A stretch of DNA of 64,000 nucleotides. Origin: Eledone cirrhosa. Its lineage: Eukaryota. The notes beneath the pieces were generated by a model that ran no database searches, was not told where the DNA came from, and was given only the letters and a program-made list of their open reading frames with translations. Location of the stretch: positions 341,620,001 to 341,684,000 of the forward strand of contig OZ024741.1 of the NCBI GenBank assembly GCA_964016885.1, in the 5' to 3' direction. Positions 42,401 to 53,985 of the stretch are shown piece after piece; positions within the stretch are counted from its first letter, which is position 1, and each line of letters opens with the position of its first letter. The position numbers were made by a program, and so were the translations under genes.

Positions 42401-45400
42401 AAAACCAGCTAAACCACCAATTGATACTAACCTACCCAAAACCAGCTAAACCACCAATTGATATTAACCTACCCAAAACCAGCTAAACCACCAATTGATA
42501 TTAACCTACCCAAAACCAGCTAAACCACCAATTGATACTAACCTACCCAAAACCAGCTAAACCACCAATTGATACTAACCTACCCAAAACCAGCTAAACC
42601 ACCAATTGATAATAACCTACCCAAAACCAGCTAAACCACCAATTGATACTAACCTACCCAAAACCAGCTAAACCACCAATTGATACTAACCTACCCAAAA
42701 CCAGCTAAACCACCAATTGATACTAACCTACCCAAAACCAGCTAAACCACCAATTGATACTAACCTACCCAAAACCAGTTAAACCACCTATTGATACTAA
42801 CCTACCCAAAACCAGCTAAACCACCAATTGATACTAACCTACCCAAAACCAGCTAAACGACCAATTGATACTAACCTACCCAAAACCAGCTAAACCACCA
42901 ATTGATACTAACCTACCCAAAACCAGCTAAACGACCAATTGATACTAACCTACCCAAAACCAGCTAAACCACCAATTTATACTAACATACCCAAAACCAG
43001 CTAAACCACCAATTGATACTAACATACCCAAAACCAGCTAAACCACCAATTGATACTAACCTGCCCCAAACCAGCTAGACCACCAATTGATACTAAGCTA
43101 CCCAAAACCAGCTAAATCACCAATTGACACTAACCTGCACAAAACCAGCTAAACCACCAATTGATACTAACCTAACCAAAACCGGCTAAACAACCTATTG
43201 ATACTAACCTGCCCAAAACCAGCTAAACCACCAATTAATTGATACTAACCTACCCCAAACCAGCTAAACAACCAATTGATACTAACCTGCCCAAAACCAG
43301 CTAAACCACCAATTGATATTAACCTACCCAAAACCAGCTAAACGACCAATTGATACTAACCTACCCAAAACCAGCTAAACCACCAATTGATACTAACCTA
43401 CCCAAAACCAGCTAAACGACCAATTGATACTAACCTACCCAAAACCAGCTAAACCACCAATTTATACTAACCTGCCCAAAACCAGCTAAACCACCAATTG
43501 ATACTAACCTACCCAAAACCAGCTAAACCACCAATTGATAATAACCTACCCAAAACCAGCTAAACCACCAATTGATAATAACCTACCCAAAACCAGCTAA
43601 ACCACCAATTGATACTAACCTACCCAAAACCAGCTAAATCACCAATTGATACTAACCTACCCAAAACCAGCAAAACGACCAATTGATACTAACCTACCCA
43701 AAACCAGCTAAACCACCAATTGATAATAACCTACCCAAAACCAGCTAAACCACCAATTGATAATAACCTACCCAAAACCAGCTAAACCACCAATTGATAA
43801 TAACCTACCCAAAACCAGCTAAACCACCAATTGATACTAACCTACCCAAAACCAGCTAAACCACCAATTGATATTAACCTACCCAAAACCAGCTAAACCA
43901 CCAATTGATACTAACCTACCCAAAACCAGCTAAACCACCAATTGATACTAACCTACCCAAAACCAGCTAAATCACCAATTGATACTAACCTACCCAAAAC
44001 TAGCTAAACCACCAATTGATACTAACCTACCCAAAACCAGCTAAACGACCAATTGATACTAACCTACCCAAAACCAGCTAAACCACCAATTTATAATAAC
44101 CTACTCAAAACCAGCTAAACCTCCAATTGATACTAACCTGCCCAAAACCAGCTAAACCACCAATTGATACTAACCTACCCAAAACTAGCTAAACCACCAA
44201 TTGATACTAACCTACCCAAAACTAGCTAAACCACCAATTGATACTAACCTACCCAAAACCAGCTAAACCACCAATTGATATTAACCTACCCAAAACCAGC
44301 TAAACCACCATATGATACTAACCTACCCCAAACCAGCTAAACCACCAATTGATACTAGCCTACCCAAAACCAACTAAACCACCAATTGATACTAACCTAC
44401 CCAAAACCAGCTAAACCACCAATTGATACTAACCTACCCAAAACCAGCTAAACCACCAATTGATACTAACCTGCCCAAAACCAGCTAAATCACCAATTGA
44501 AACTAACCTGCCCAAAACCAGCTAAACCACCAACTGATACTAACCTACCCAAAACCAGCTAAACCACCTATTGATAATAACCTACCCAAAACCAGCTAAA
44601 CCACCAATTGATATTAACCTACCCAAAACCAGCTAAACCACCAATTGATACTAACCTACCCAAAACCAGCTAAACGACCAATTGATACTAACCTACCCAA
44701 ACCAGCTAAACCACCAATTGATACTAACCTACCCAAAACCAGCTAAACCACCAATTGATACTAACCTACCCAAAACCAGCTAAACCACCAATTGATATTA
44801 ACCTACCCAAAACCAGCTAAACCACCAATTGATATTAACCTACCCAAAACCAGCTAAACCACCAATTGATACTAACCTACCCAAAACCAGCTAAACCACC
44901 AATTGATACTAACCTACCCAAAACCAGCTAAACCACCAATTGATAATAACCTACCCAAAACCAGCTAAACCACCAATTGATACTAACCTACCCAAAACCA
45001 GCTAAACCACCAATTGATACTAACCTACCCAAAACCAGTTAAACCACCTATTGATACTAACCTACCCAAAACCAGCTAAACCACCAATTGATACTAACCT
45101 ACCCAAAACCAGCTAAACCACCAATTGATAATAACCTACCCAAAACCAGCTAAACCACCAATTGATAATAACCTACCCAAAACCAGTTAAACCACCAATT
45201 GATACTAACCTACCCAAAACCAGCTAAACCACCAATTGATATTAACCTACCCAAAACCAGCTAAACCACCAATTGATAATAACCTACCCAAAACCAACTA
45301 AACCACCAATTGATACTAACCTACCCAAAACCAGCTAAACCACCAATTGATACTAACCTACCCAAAACCAGCTAAACCACCAATTGATAATAACCTACCC

Positions 45401-47757
45401 AAAACCAGCTAAACCACCAATTGATAATAACCTACCCAAAACCAGCTAAACCACCAATTGATACTAACCTACCCAAAACCAGCTAAACCACCAATTGATA
45501 CTAACCTACCCAAAACCAGCTAAACCACCAATTGATAATAACCTACCCAAAACCAGCTAAACCACCAATTCATAATAACCTACCCAAAACCAGCTAAACC
45601 ACCAATTGATACTAACCTACCCAAAACCAGCTAAACCACCAATTGATAATAACCTGCCCAAAACCAGCTAAATCACCAATTGAAACTAACCTGCCCAAAA
45701 GCAGCTAAACCACCAATTGATACTAACATACCCAAAACCAGCTAAACCACCAATTGATACTAACCTGCCCCAAACCAGCTAAACCACCAATTGATACTAA
45801 GCTACCCAAAACCAGCTAAATCACCAATTGACACTAACCTGCCCAAAACCAGCTAAACCACCAATTGATACTAACCTACCCAAAACCGGCTAAACCACCT
45901 ATTGATACTAACCTGCCCAAAACCAGCTAAACCACCAATTAATTGATAGTAACCTACCCAAAACCAGCTAAACCACCAATTGATACTAACCTGCCCAAAA
46001 CCAGCTAAATCACCAATTGAAACTAACCTGCCCAAAACCAGCTAAACCACCAATTGATACTAACCTACCCAAAACCAGCTAATCCACCAATTTATACTAA
46101 CCTGCCCAAAACCAGCTAAACCACCAATTGATATTAACCTACCCAAAACCAGCTAAACGACCAATTGATATTAACCTACCCAAAACCAGCTAAACGACCA
46201 ATTGATACTAACCTACCCAAAACCAGCTAAACCACCAATTGATACTAACCTACCCAAAACCAGCTAAACGACCAATTGATACTAACCTACCCAAAACCAG
46301 CTAAACCACCAATTTATACTAACCTGCCCAAAACCAGCTAAACCACCAATTGATACTAACGTACCCAAAACCAGCTAAACGACCAATTGATACTAACCTA
46401 CCCAAAACCAGCTAAACCACCAATTGATACTAACCTACCCAAAACCAGCTAAACGACCAATTGATACTAACCTACCCAAAACCAGCTAAACCACCAATTG
46501 ATACTAACCTACCCAAAACCAGCTAAACGACCAATTGATACTAACCTACCCAAAACCAGCTAAACCACCAATTGATACTAACCTACCCAAAACCAGCTAA
46601 ACCACCAATTGATAATAACCTACCCAAAACCAGCTAAACCACCAATTGATAATAACCTACCCAAAACCAGCTAAACCACCAATTGATACTAACCTACCCA
46701 AAACCAGCTAAACCACCAATTGATATTAACCTACCCAAAACCAGCTAAACCACCAATTGATACTAACCTACCCAAAACCAGCTAAACCACCAATTGATAC
46801 TAACCTACCCAAAACCAGCTAAATCACCAATTGATACTAACCTACCCAAAACTAGCTAAACCACCAATTGATACTAACCTACCCAAAACCAGCTAAACGA
46901 CCAATTGATACTAACCTACCCAAAACCAGCTAAATCACCAATTGATACTAACCTACCCAAAACCAGCTAAATCACCAATTGATACTAACCTACCCAAAAC
47001 CAGCTAAATCACCAATTGATACTAACCTACCCAAAACCAGCTAAACCACCAATTTATACTAACCTACCCAAAACCAGCTAAACCACCAATTGATAATAAC
47101 CTACCCAAAACCAGTTAAACCACCAATTGATACTAACCTACCCAAAACCAGCTAAACCACCAATTGATACTAACCTACCCAAAACCAGTTAAACCACCAA
47201 TTGATACTAACCTACCCAAAACCAGCTAAACGACCAATTGATACTAACCTACCCAAAACCAGCTAAACCACCAATTGATACTAACCTACCCAAAACCAGC
47301 TAAACCACCAATTGATACTAACCTACCCAAAACCAGCTAAACCACCAATTGATAATAACCTACCCAAAACCAGCTAAACCACCAATTGATAATAACGTAT
47401 CCAAAACCAGCTAAACCACCAATTGATAATAACCTACCCAAAACCAGTTAAACCACCAATTGATACTAACCTACCCAAAACCAGCTAAACCACCAATTGA
47501 TACTAACCTACCCAAAACCAGCTAAACCACCAATTGATATTAACCTACCCAAAACCAGCTAAACGACCAATTGATACTAACCTACCCAAAACCAGCTAAA
47601 CCACCAATTGATACTAACCTACCCAAAACCAGCTAAACCACCAATTGATAATAACCTACCCAAAACCAGCTAAACCACCAATTGATAATAACGTATCCAA
47701 AACCAGTTAAACCACCAATTGATATTAACCTACCCAAAACCAGCTAAACCCCCAATT
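6423..47757. repeat. 37-bp satellite DNA array, about 1,115 units
   Basis: Head-to-tail CCAAAACCAGCTAAACCACCAATTGATACTAACCTAC with mostly 0-2 substitutions per unit. No spacers, and no TE insertion or inversion seen. First units at 6423-6520 are degenerate. Confidence 0.99.
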
Positions 47758-47862
47758 GAAGAAGAAGAAGAAGAAGAAGAAGAAGAAGAAGAAGAAGAAG
47801 AAGAAGAAGAAGAAGAAGAAGAAGAAGAAGAAGAAGAAGAAAAAGAAGAAGAAGAAGAAGAA
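47758..47862. repeat. (GAA)n microsatellite, about 35 units
   Basis: Directly abuts the last satellite unit. Confidence 0.97.
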
Positions 47863-47952
47863 CCAAGCTGTGTTCTTGATCAAAATATTTAGTTCATGTT
47901 CATTCTACCAGGATCATGTCTAAAAGTTATGTTCTCTAAAACTTCTTTGAGG

Positions 47953-48945
47953 GAGTGAGAGAGAGTGTGTGTGCATGCGAGAGAAGTGGAGTGAGAGAGA
48001 GAGTGTGTGTGCATGAGAGAGAAGTGGAGTGAGAGAGAGAGTGTGTGTGCATGCGAGAGAAGTGGAGTGAGAGAGAGAGTGTGTGTGCATGAGAGAGAAG
48101 TAGAGTGAGAGAGAGAGTGTGTGTGCATGAGAGAGAAGTAGAGTGAGAGAGAGAGTGTGTGTGCATGAGAGAGAAGTGGAGTGAGAGAGAGAGTGTGTGT
48201 GCATGCGAGAGAAGTGGAGTGAGAGAGAGAGTGTGTGTGCATGAGAGAGAAGTAGAGTGAGAGAGAGAGTGTGTGTGCATGAGAGAGAAGTAGAGTGAGA
48301 GAGAGAGTGTGTGTGCATGAGAGAGAAGTGGAGTGAGAGAGAGAGTGTGTGTGCATGCGAGAGAAGTGGAGTGAGAGAGAGAGTGTGTGTGCATGAGAGA
48401 GAAGTAGAGTGAGAGAGAGAGTGTGTGTGCATGAGAGAGAAGTAGAGTGAGAGAGAGAGTGTGTGTGCATGAGAGAGAAGTGGAGTGAGAGAGAGAGTGT
48501 GTGTGCATGCGAGAGAAGTGGAGTGAGAGAGAGAGTGTGTGTGCATGAGAGAGAAGTAGAGTGAGAGAGAGAGTGTGTGTGCATGAGAGAGAAGTAGAGT
48601 GAGAGAGAGAGTGTGTGTGCATGAGAGAGAAGTGGAGTGAGAGAGAGTGTGTGTGTGCATGAGAGAGAAGTGGAGTGAATGAGAGAGTGTGTGTGCATGA
48701 GAGAGAAGTGGGGTGAGAGAGAGAGTGTGTGTGCATGAGAGAGAAGTGGAGTGAGAGAGAGTGTGTGTGCATGAGAGAGAAGTGGGGTGAGAGAGAGAGT
48801 GTGTGTGCATGAGAGAGAAGTGGAGTGAGAGAGAGAAGTAGAGTGAGAGAGAGTGTGTGTGTGCATGAGAGAGAAGTGGAGTGAGAGAGAGAGTGTGTGT
48901 GCATGAGAGAGAAGTGGAGTGAGAGAGAGAAGTAGAGTGAGAGAG
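47953..48945. repeat. 38-bp minisatellite GAGTGAGAGAGAGAGTGTGTGTGCATGAGAGAGAAGT(G/A), about 26 units
   Basis: GCATG recurs every 38 nt (e.g. 48011, 48049). Confidence 0.95.
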
Positions 48946-49174
48946 ACTGTGTATGAAAGAGGGATTGTGTATGTGAGTGTGAGTGAGTGAGTGTGTGAGT
49001 GTGAAAGAGAATGTGTGTGAGAGAGAGATAGAGGGTGGAGGAAAGATAGAGAGTGAGTGAGACAGAGGAGGAAAGATAGAGTGTGTGTGAGTGTGTGAGA
49101 GAGAAGGAAAGAGAGAAGGAAAGAGTGAAATACAGAGTGGGAGAGAGAAAAGAGACAGGGAGACAAAGAGAGAT

Positions 49175-49355
49175 GATGAAGAATGAGAGAGAGGGGGTGA
49201 AGAATAAGAGAGGGGGTGTGAAGAATAAGAGAGGGGGGTGAAGAATGAGAGGGGGGGGGGCTGAAGAATGAGAGAGGGGGTGAAGAATGAGAGGGGGGGG
49301 TGAAGAATGAGAGAGGGGGTGAAGAATGAGAGGGGGGAGGTGGTGAAGAATTAGA
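49175..49355. repeat. G-rich ~20-bp tandem repeat (GGGGGTGAAGAATGAGAG..)
   Basis: About 8 imperfect copies of TGAAGAAT followed by AG and G runs. Confidence 0.85.
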
Positions 49356-49829
49356 GAGGGAGAGGGAAGAAAGAGGCAGCAACTTGTCATATTGATGTAT
49401 AAGATAGTAATTTGTTGAAGTCGTGAATGAAATTGATTTGTGCAAGCTTTCTGTAGTAGAGCAGTCAGACACTGCATCCTGCATCCTGCACATGTACCAA
49501 TACAAACACAATTGCATCGATTCTATCAACATAGCTTTTATCAGAACACTGAAGTAATTGTCTCGCAGACTCTTGTAACATTTATTGTTCAATATCTACA
49601 TTGATTTCCAAAGAAAATCATAACATAAATAACATATATATTTATACACACTTATATATGTATGTATTTATGTATGTGTGTGTGTGTGTATATATATACA
49701 TGTATATATAGATATATATATATATAAATGAAGTATTTCCGTAGGAAAGGTAAAGGAAAAGAGAGTGCTCTATGTAGGCTACAGAGCTTTTTAGTTATGT
49801 AAGAAACAACATAAGATAATTATTTCATA

Positions 49830-50292
49830 ACTAACATAGGAAGAAAATTCCTCGAATTTCTAGACAAACATTTTCCCCCAAATCATAGATATAATAAAAT
49901 ATTTAATAGAAATTTAGTTAAAATCAGCTATTCTTGCTGCCCATCAATGAAAACTAAAATTACCGACTCAAATGGTACTAGAGGAAATCCAGAATGCAGC
50001 TGCAGGAAACCAGAAGAATGCCCATTACAGGGCAAATGTAATACTAAATCCATTGTGTATGAGGCCAAGTTGACACTGATTATTAATAACCAGCTACCCA
50101 TAAGTGAGCGATATGTTGGCATGACCCAGGACAGATTTAAACCCAGGTATTATGCACATGTCGCTTCTTTCAAACACCCTGAAAAAAGAACAGCAACAGC
50201 GCTGGCAAATAAAGTGTAGGAGTTTAAAGACAGAAACATTCCATACTCTATTGATTGGTCTATTTTAGACAACTCAAGAGTTTACCAAAATC
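49830..50292 (+). pseudogene. Penelope-like element GIY-YIG endonuclease fragment
   Basis: In-frame TNIGRKFLEFLDKHFPPNHRYNKIFNRNLVKISYSCCPSM...CSCRKPEECPLQGKCNTKSIVYEAK...YVGMTQDRFKPRYYAHVASF...LANKV*EFKDRNIPYSIDWSIL, with one premature stop at the position of a typically conserved W. Confidence 0.85.
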
Positions 50293-50437
50293 TCTTCAGT
50301 GTAAATGAGGTGATTAATCTCCTTTGCACATGAAGCTGTATAAGTTGGCTCAATTTATAATAGAATAGAATTAGCATTTAGCTTTGAGCATAGCTGTATA
50401 CAGATATGTATTGCAATTTCGTATTTCAGCTGAGGTT

Positions 50438-50728
50438 AAATTTAGCACATGTGGACTTCCATCTCCTTTCCAAACTGAAAATTCAGCTCAAAGGTTGCCA
50501 TTTTAATACCATTGCTGAGATCTAGAGCGAATCACAGAAGGTCCTCAACTCAATCACAGAAAGTGACTTCCAGGCCAGATTCCAAAAGTGACAGGAATGG
50601 TGGGACTGGTGTATAGCTGTGCAAGGTGAATATTTTGAAGGAGATGATGTTAAAACTTAGGTAAATATATTAGTTGGTTTTGTTGTTTTTAAACATAACT
50701 AGTCCAGGAAATGTTTGATGCCACCTCG
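50438..50728 (+). mobile_element. mariner transposase C-terminus plus right TIR
   Basis: NLAHVDFHL..KLKIQLKGCHFNTIAEI...FQK*QEWWDWCIAVQGEYFEGD, then TIR-like GTCCAGGAAATGTTTGATGCCACCTCG followed by TA. Confidence 0.85.
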
Positions 50729-50847
50729 TATATATATATATATATACATACATCCATATCTATATATATGCATACATAAATATACATACATACATATATA
50801 TATGTATACAAAAATATACATACATATATATATGTATATATATATAA

Positions 50848-51038
50848 AACAAAGGAAGTGTGGTAAGGAACCAGATGGACCATAACGCACCAGAGTACTC
50901 AATATTTAGGGTAGTAGAGTGGGTAATAGGAAAATCTTTTACCCCGATGGCAGAGCTCAAGCCGTTTCAACGGCTATTTCTGAGTCCAGAAATAGCCGTC
51001 AAAAGGGCTTGAGCTCTGCCATCGGGGTAAAACATTTT

Positions 51039-51043
<5 letters not shown>
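50848..51043 (-). mobile_element. Fold-back mini-element A (57-bp arms, 4-nt loop), probably Penelope-like terminus
   Basis: 50926-51043 is an inverted repeat with 53/57 matches. Shared flanking motif at 50893-50920. Confidence 0.65.
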
Positions 51044-51097
<54 letters not shown>

Positions 51098-51105
51098 ATA
51101 CATAA

Positions 51106-51145
<40 letters not shown>

Positions 51146-51185
51146 ATACATAAATATACATACATATATATATATATATCCTCCT

Positions 51186-51477
51186 CATCATCATCATCAT
51201 CATTTCATTTAAGTCCGCTTTTCCCTGCTTGCAAGGGTGGGACGGGAACTGATTCTGGCTTGATTTCTACAGCTGGATGCCCTTGCTAACACCAACCTCA
51301 TTTACAGTGAGTGGTGGGTGCTTTTTTTCCGTGGCGCCTCCACGACCACTTTGCAGTGGAATGATAGGGACTCCAGTCCCTATCATCTCATTTCTACAGC
51401 TGAGTAAACTGGAGCAATGTGAAATAAAGTGTCTTGCTCAAGGAAACAACACATCACCCGGTCCGAGATTTGAACTC

Positions 51478-51483
<6 letters not shown>
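51186..51483 (-). mobile_element. SINE family B, 5'-truncated
   Basis: Closely matches 3448-3757 and ends just past the B-box in a (TA)n tract. Confidence 0.9.
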
Positions 51484-51528
<45 letters not shown>

Positions 51529-51644
51529 TACATAAATATACATAACATACATACATAAATATACATACATACATAAATATACATACATACATAAATATAC
51601 ATACATATATATATATATATATATACACATACATAAATATACAT

Positions 51645-51675
<31 letters not shown>

Positions 51676-51708
51676 ATTTATGTATGTATGTATATTTATG
51701 TATATATG

Positions 51709-51741
<33 letters not shown>

Positions 51742-51834
51742 ATTTATGTATGTATGTATGTATATTTATGTATGCATGTGTGTATATTTATGTATGTATC
51801 TATATTTATGTATGTATGTATATATATATATATT

Positions 51835-52442
51835 GTCAGGTCACCAGTTGGTGCTACTGGTAACATGTATCCCAGTACAACCTGTCTCATGGTCGGGTCA
51901 TTGGCGACTAAACTGGCAACCCCACCAAGGTTTCTTGGTGAGGAGGGTGACTTTGGACATCCTGCAGGACTAAAAACAAAACCTGTCAAAGGGCAAAGGA
52001 GCTCTTAAGAGTCAATGGCCATCCAAAAGCACCGGGAGTGATGACCCCTTAGCCTTTGTCAAGGCAGAATTCTAGGAGAAGGAAAACTCTGATATAACAC
52101 CTGCAACCCTGATGGTATCCAATGATGTTGACTTGTTTTTCTTTTTGGTAAATATCATCTTGGTTAAGAGAGTGGGACTGGCTTTGTGCAGTGCCTTTGC
52201 TCACTATAAAAGCTTCATGGCACAGGCATTGCTTTATATCTGGAGATCTCTCTGCACTTGTCGTCACAGGGTACAATGGGCCCAGCACTATGTGTCAATA
52301 ATTGTCACAAGTGTAGTGTTTGTACCAGAGTTTTCAAGTCGCTGGCGGGACTAAAAAGTCACACTCGTTCAGCGCATCAGTAGGGGTTCTCCTACATGGA
52401 TATAAAATAGTGGCCGTACTCAAAAACGAGTTGGCAGCCACC
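51835..52442 (+). mobile_element. Internally deleted (bipartite) non-autonomous RTE-like element
   Basis: The 5' part has the RTE 5'UTR-like CTAGGAGAAGGAAAACTCTGA. 52306-52383 encodes a terminal C2H2 finger HKCSVCTRVFKSLAGLKSHTRSAHQ*. Flanked by (TA)n. Confidence 0.6.
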
Positions 52443-52457
52443 ATATATATATATATA

Positions 52458-52741
52458 CTTGTGTATAATGGTAGCTATGGTGCTTCCATTGGCGGTATGC
52501 CAAAATTAGCACTCAATATTCATACAGAGTAGAGTGTAGATAGTATAATAACGAAAAATCAGTGCATCTGGACTCGGTTTATTGCATGTTACAATTGTTT
52601 CACCAGCAGGTAGCTCGAGACATGATCACTGCATGGATCTGGCTGATTCTACGGCTGCAGGTTCCTTCGGACATGGGTAGTTCGTTCAGAGAAAATTTTC
52701 TCCGAGTCCAGATGCATCACTGATTTTTCGTTTTTATACTA
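52458..52741 (-). mobile_element. Fold-back mini-element B with hammerhead-like core
   Basis: Inverted arms 52541-52577 and 52702-52741, hammerhead-like fold at 52585-52675 on the minus strand, AATAAA, and the shared motif at 52508-52535. Confidence 0.65.
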
Positions 52742-53232
52742 TATATATATATATATATGCATACATAAATATACATACATATATATATATATCTAATTAT
52801 TCAGAATAATAATAAATGAAGACATTCATATAATCAAAATATATGTTTTATTATATATATTTCAAAGGTACTGTGCTGTTTTTTCAGTACGTCCTCGTCA
52901 GATAACATACATGAATTGATGTATGACATACCTCAACGGTCTTGAAAGTTCAATTCCAGTATTGGCAGTCAATATATATATATATGTGTATATATATGCA
53001 TACAATATATATATATATATGTATGTATATATATATATATGCATACATAAATATACATACAGTCATATATATATATACATCATCATCATGCATATGCATG
53101 CATGCATGCATACAGATATAATTATCATTTAACATCTACTTTTCCATGCTAGCATAGGTTAGACTCTTCGTCACATACATTCTTATAAATATACATATAC
53201 GCACACACACATATATATGTACATATATATAT

Positions 53233-53380
<148 letters not shown>

Positions 53381-53429
53381 ATGCATTCATACATACATAC
53401 ATACATACATATACAGATAGATAGAGATA

Positions 53430-53905
53430 GCCTCTTTAGTAGAATAAAACATCTTTACCACAAAAATAGTAAGCTTCTATCATCTTATCAAAACACATAA
53501 CCGATCCTTTCTATAAAATTTTCTGGCTTCTCTCCAGACTTCTCAAACCTCTCCTTCACACTTTCTCCAGACACGTAGACAGTTCACAAGAAGTTGTTAA
53601 TAGACTAAAAGAACTTGACCCCACCACACTTGGACAGAATAGATAACCATTTAGTTTAGATGTGGTTTCCCTCTACACTTCTTTCCCCACCTCCCCCAGC
53701 CATTGACCTAATTACAGTCAACATCATCACCTCTATTGTCCTCAGTTGTTTTGGGTTCACTGCTGCTGACATCTGCAAACTGCTCTTTATCATTATGTGC
53801 AACACAAGTTTTAGTGCTCTGTATACAAACAAATCTCAGGACTTCTGATGGAATCGAGTCTTTCAGGCCTGCTGGCCATCATGTACATGGACCAGTTGGT
53901 CCATG
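53430..53905 (+). pseudogene. Penelope-like element reverse transcriptase fragment
   Basis: SFYHLIKTH...WLLSRLLKPLL...HVDSSQEVVNRLKEL...PFSLDVVSLYTSFP...YKQISGLLM..SLSGLLAIMYMDQL, with frameshifts. Confidence 0.8.
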
Positions 53906-53985
53906 TACTATAATATAGTCAAACACATGTGTTTGCGTTCAGTGGGTTTATATGCACCATTATTGGACTATATTATACATAGGCA

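Noticed and set aside
6423-47757. CRISPR array (37-bp repeat)
   Set aside because: Units are contiguous with no unique spacers, no cas genes are present, and the context is eukaryotic.
6423-47757. Repetitive protein (PKPAKPPIDTNL...) encoded by the satellite
   Set aside because: The unit is not a multiple of 3 and stops occur within a few units on both strands. The ORF track has no ORF inside the array.
6423-47757. Micro-exon or recursive-splice array on the minus strand (TTTAG|CTGGTTTTGG|GTAGGT; TAG|GTTAGT)
   Set aside because: The implied 27-nt introns are too short for metazoan splicing, there is no real polypyrimidine tract, and no host gene is evident.
47889-49592. 567-, 513- and 296-aa ORFs on the minus strand
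   Set aside because: They are overlapping frames produced by a stop-free minisatellite and have no domain features.
49375-49610. Possible exon or conserved non-coding element
   Set aside because: Unique-looking, but nothing in the sequence supports a call.
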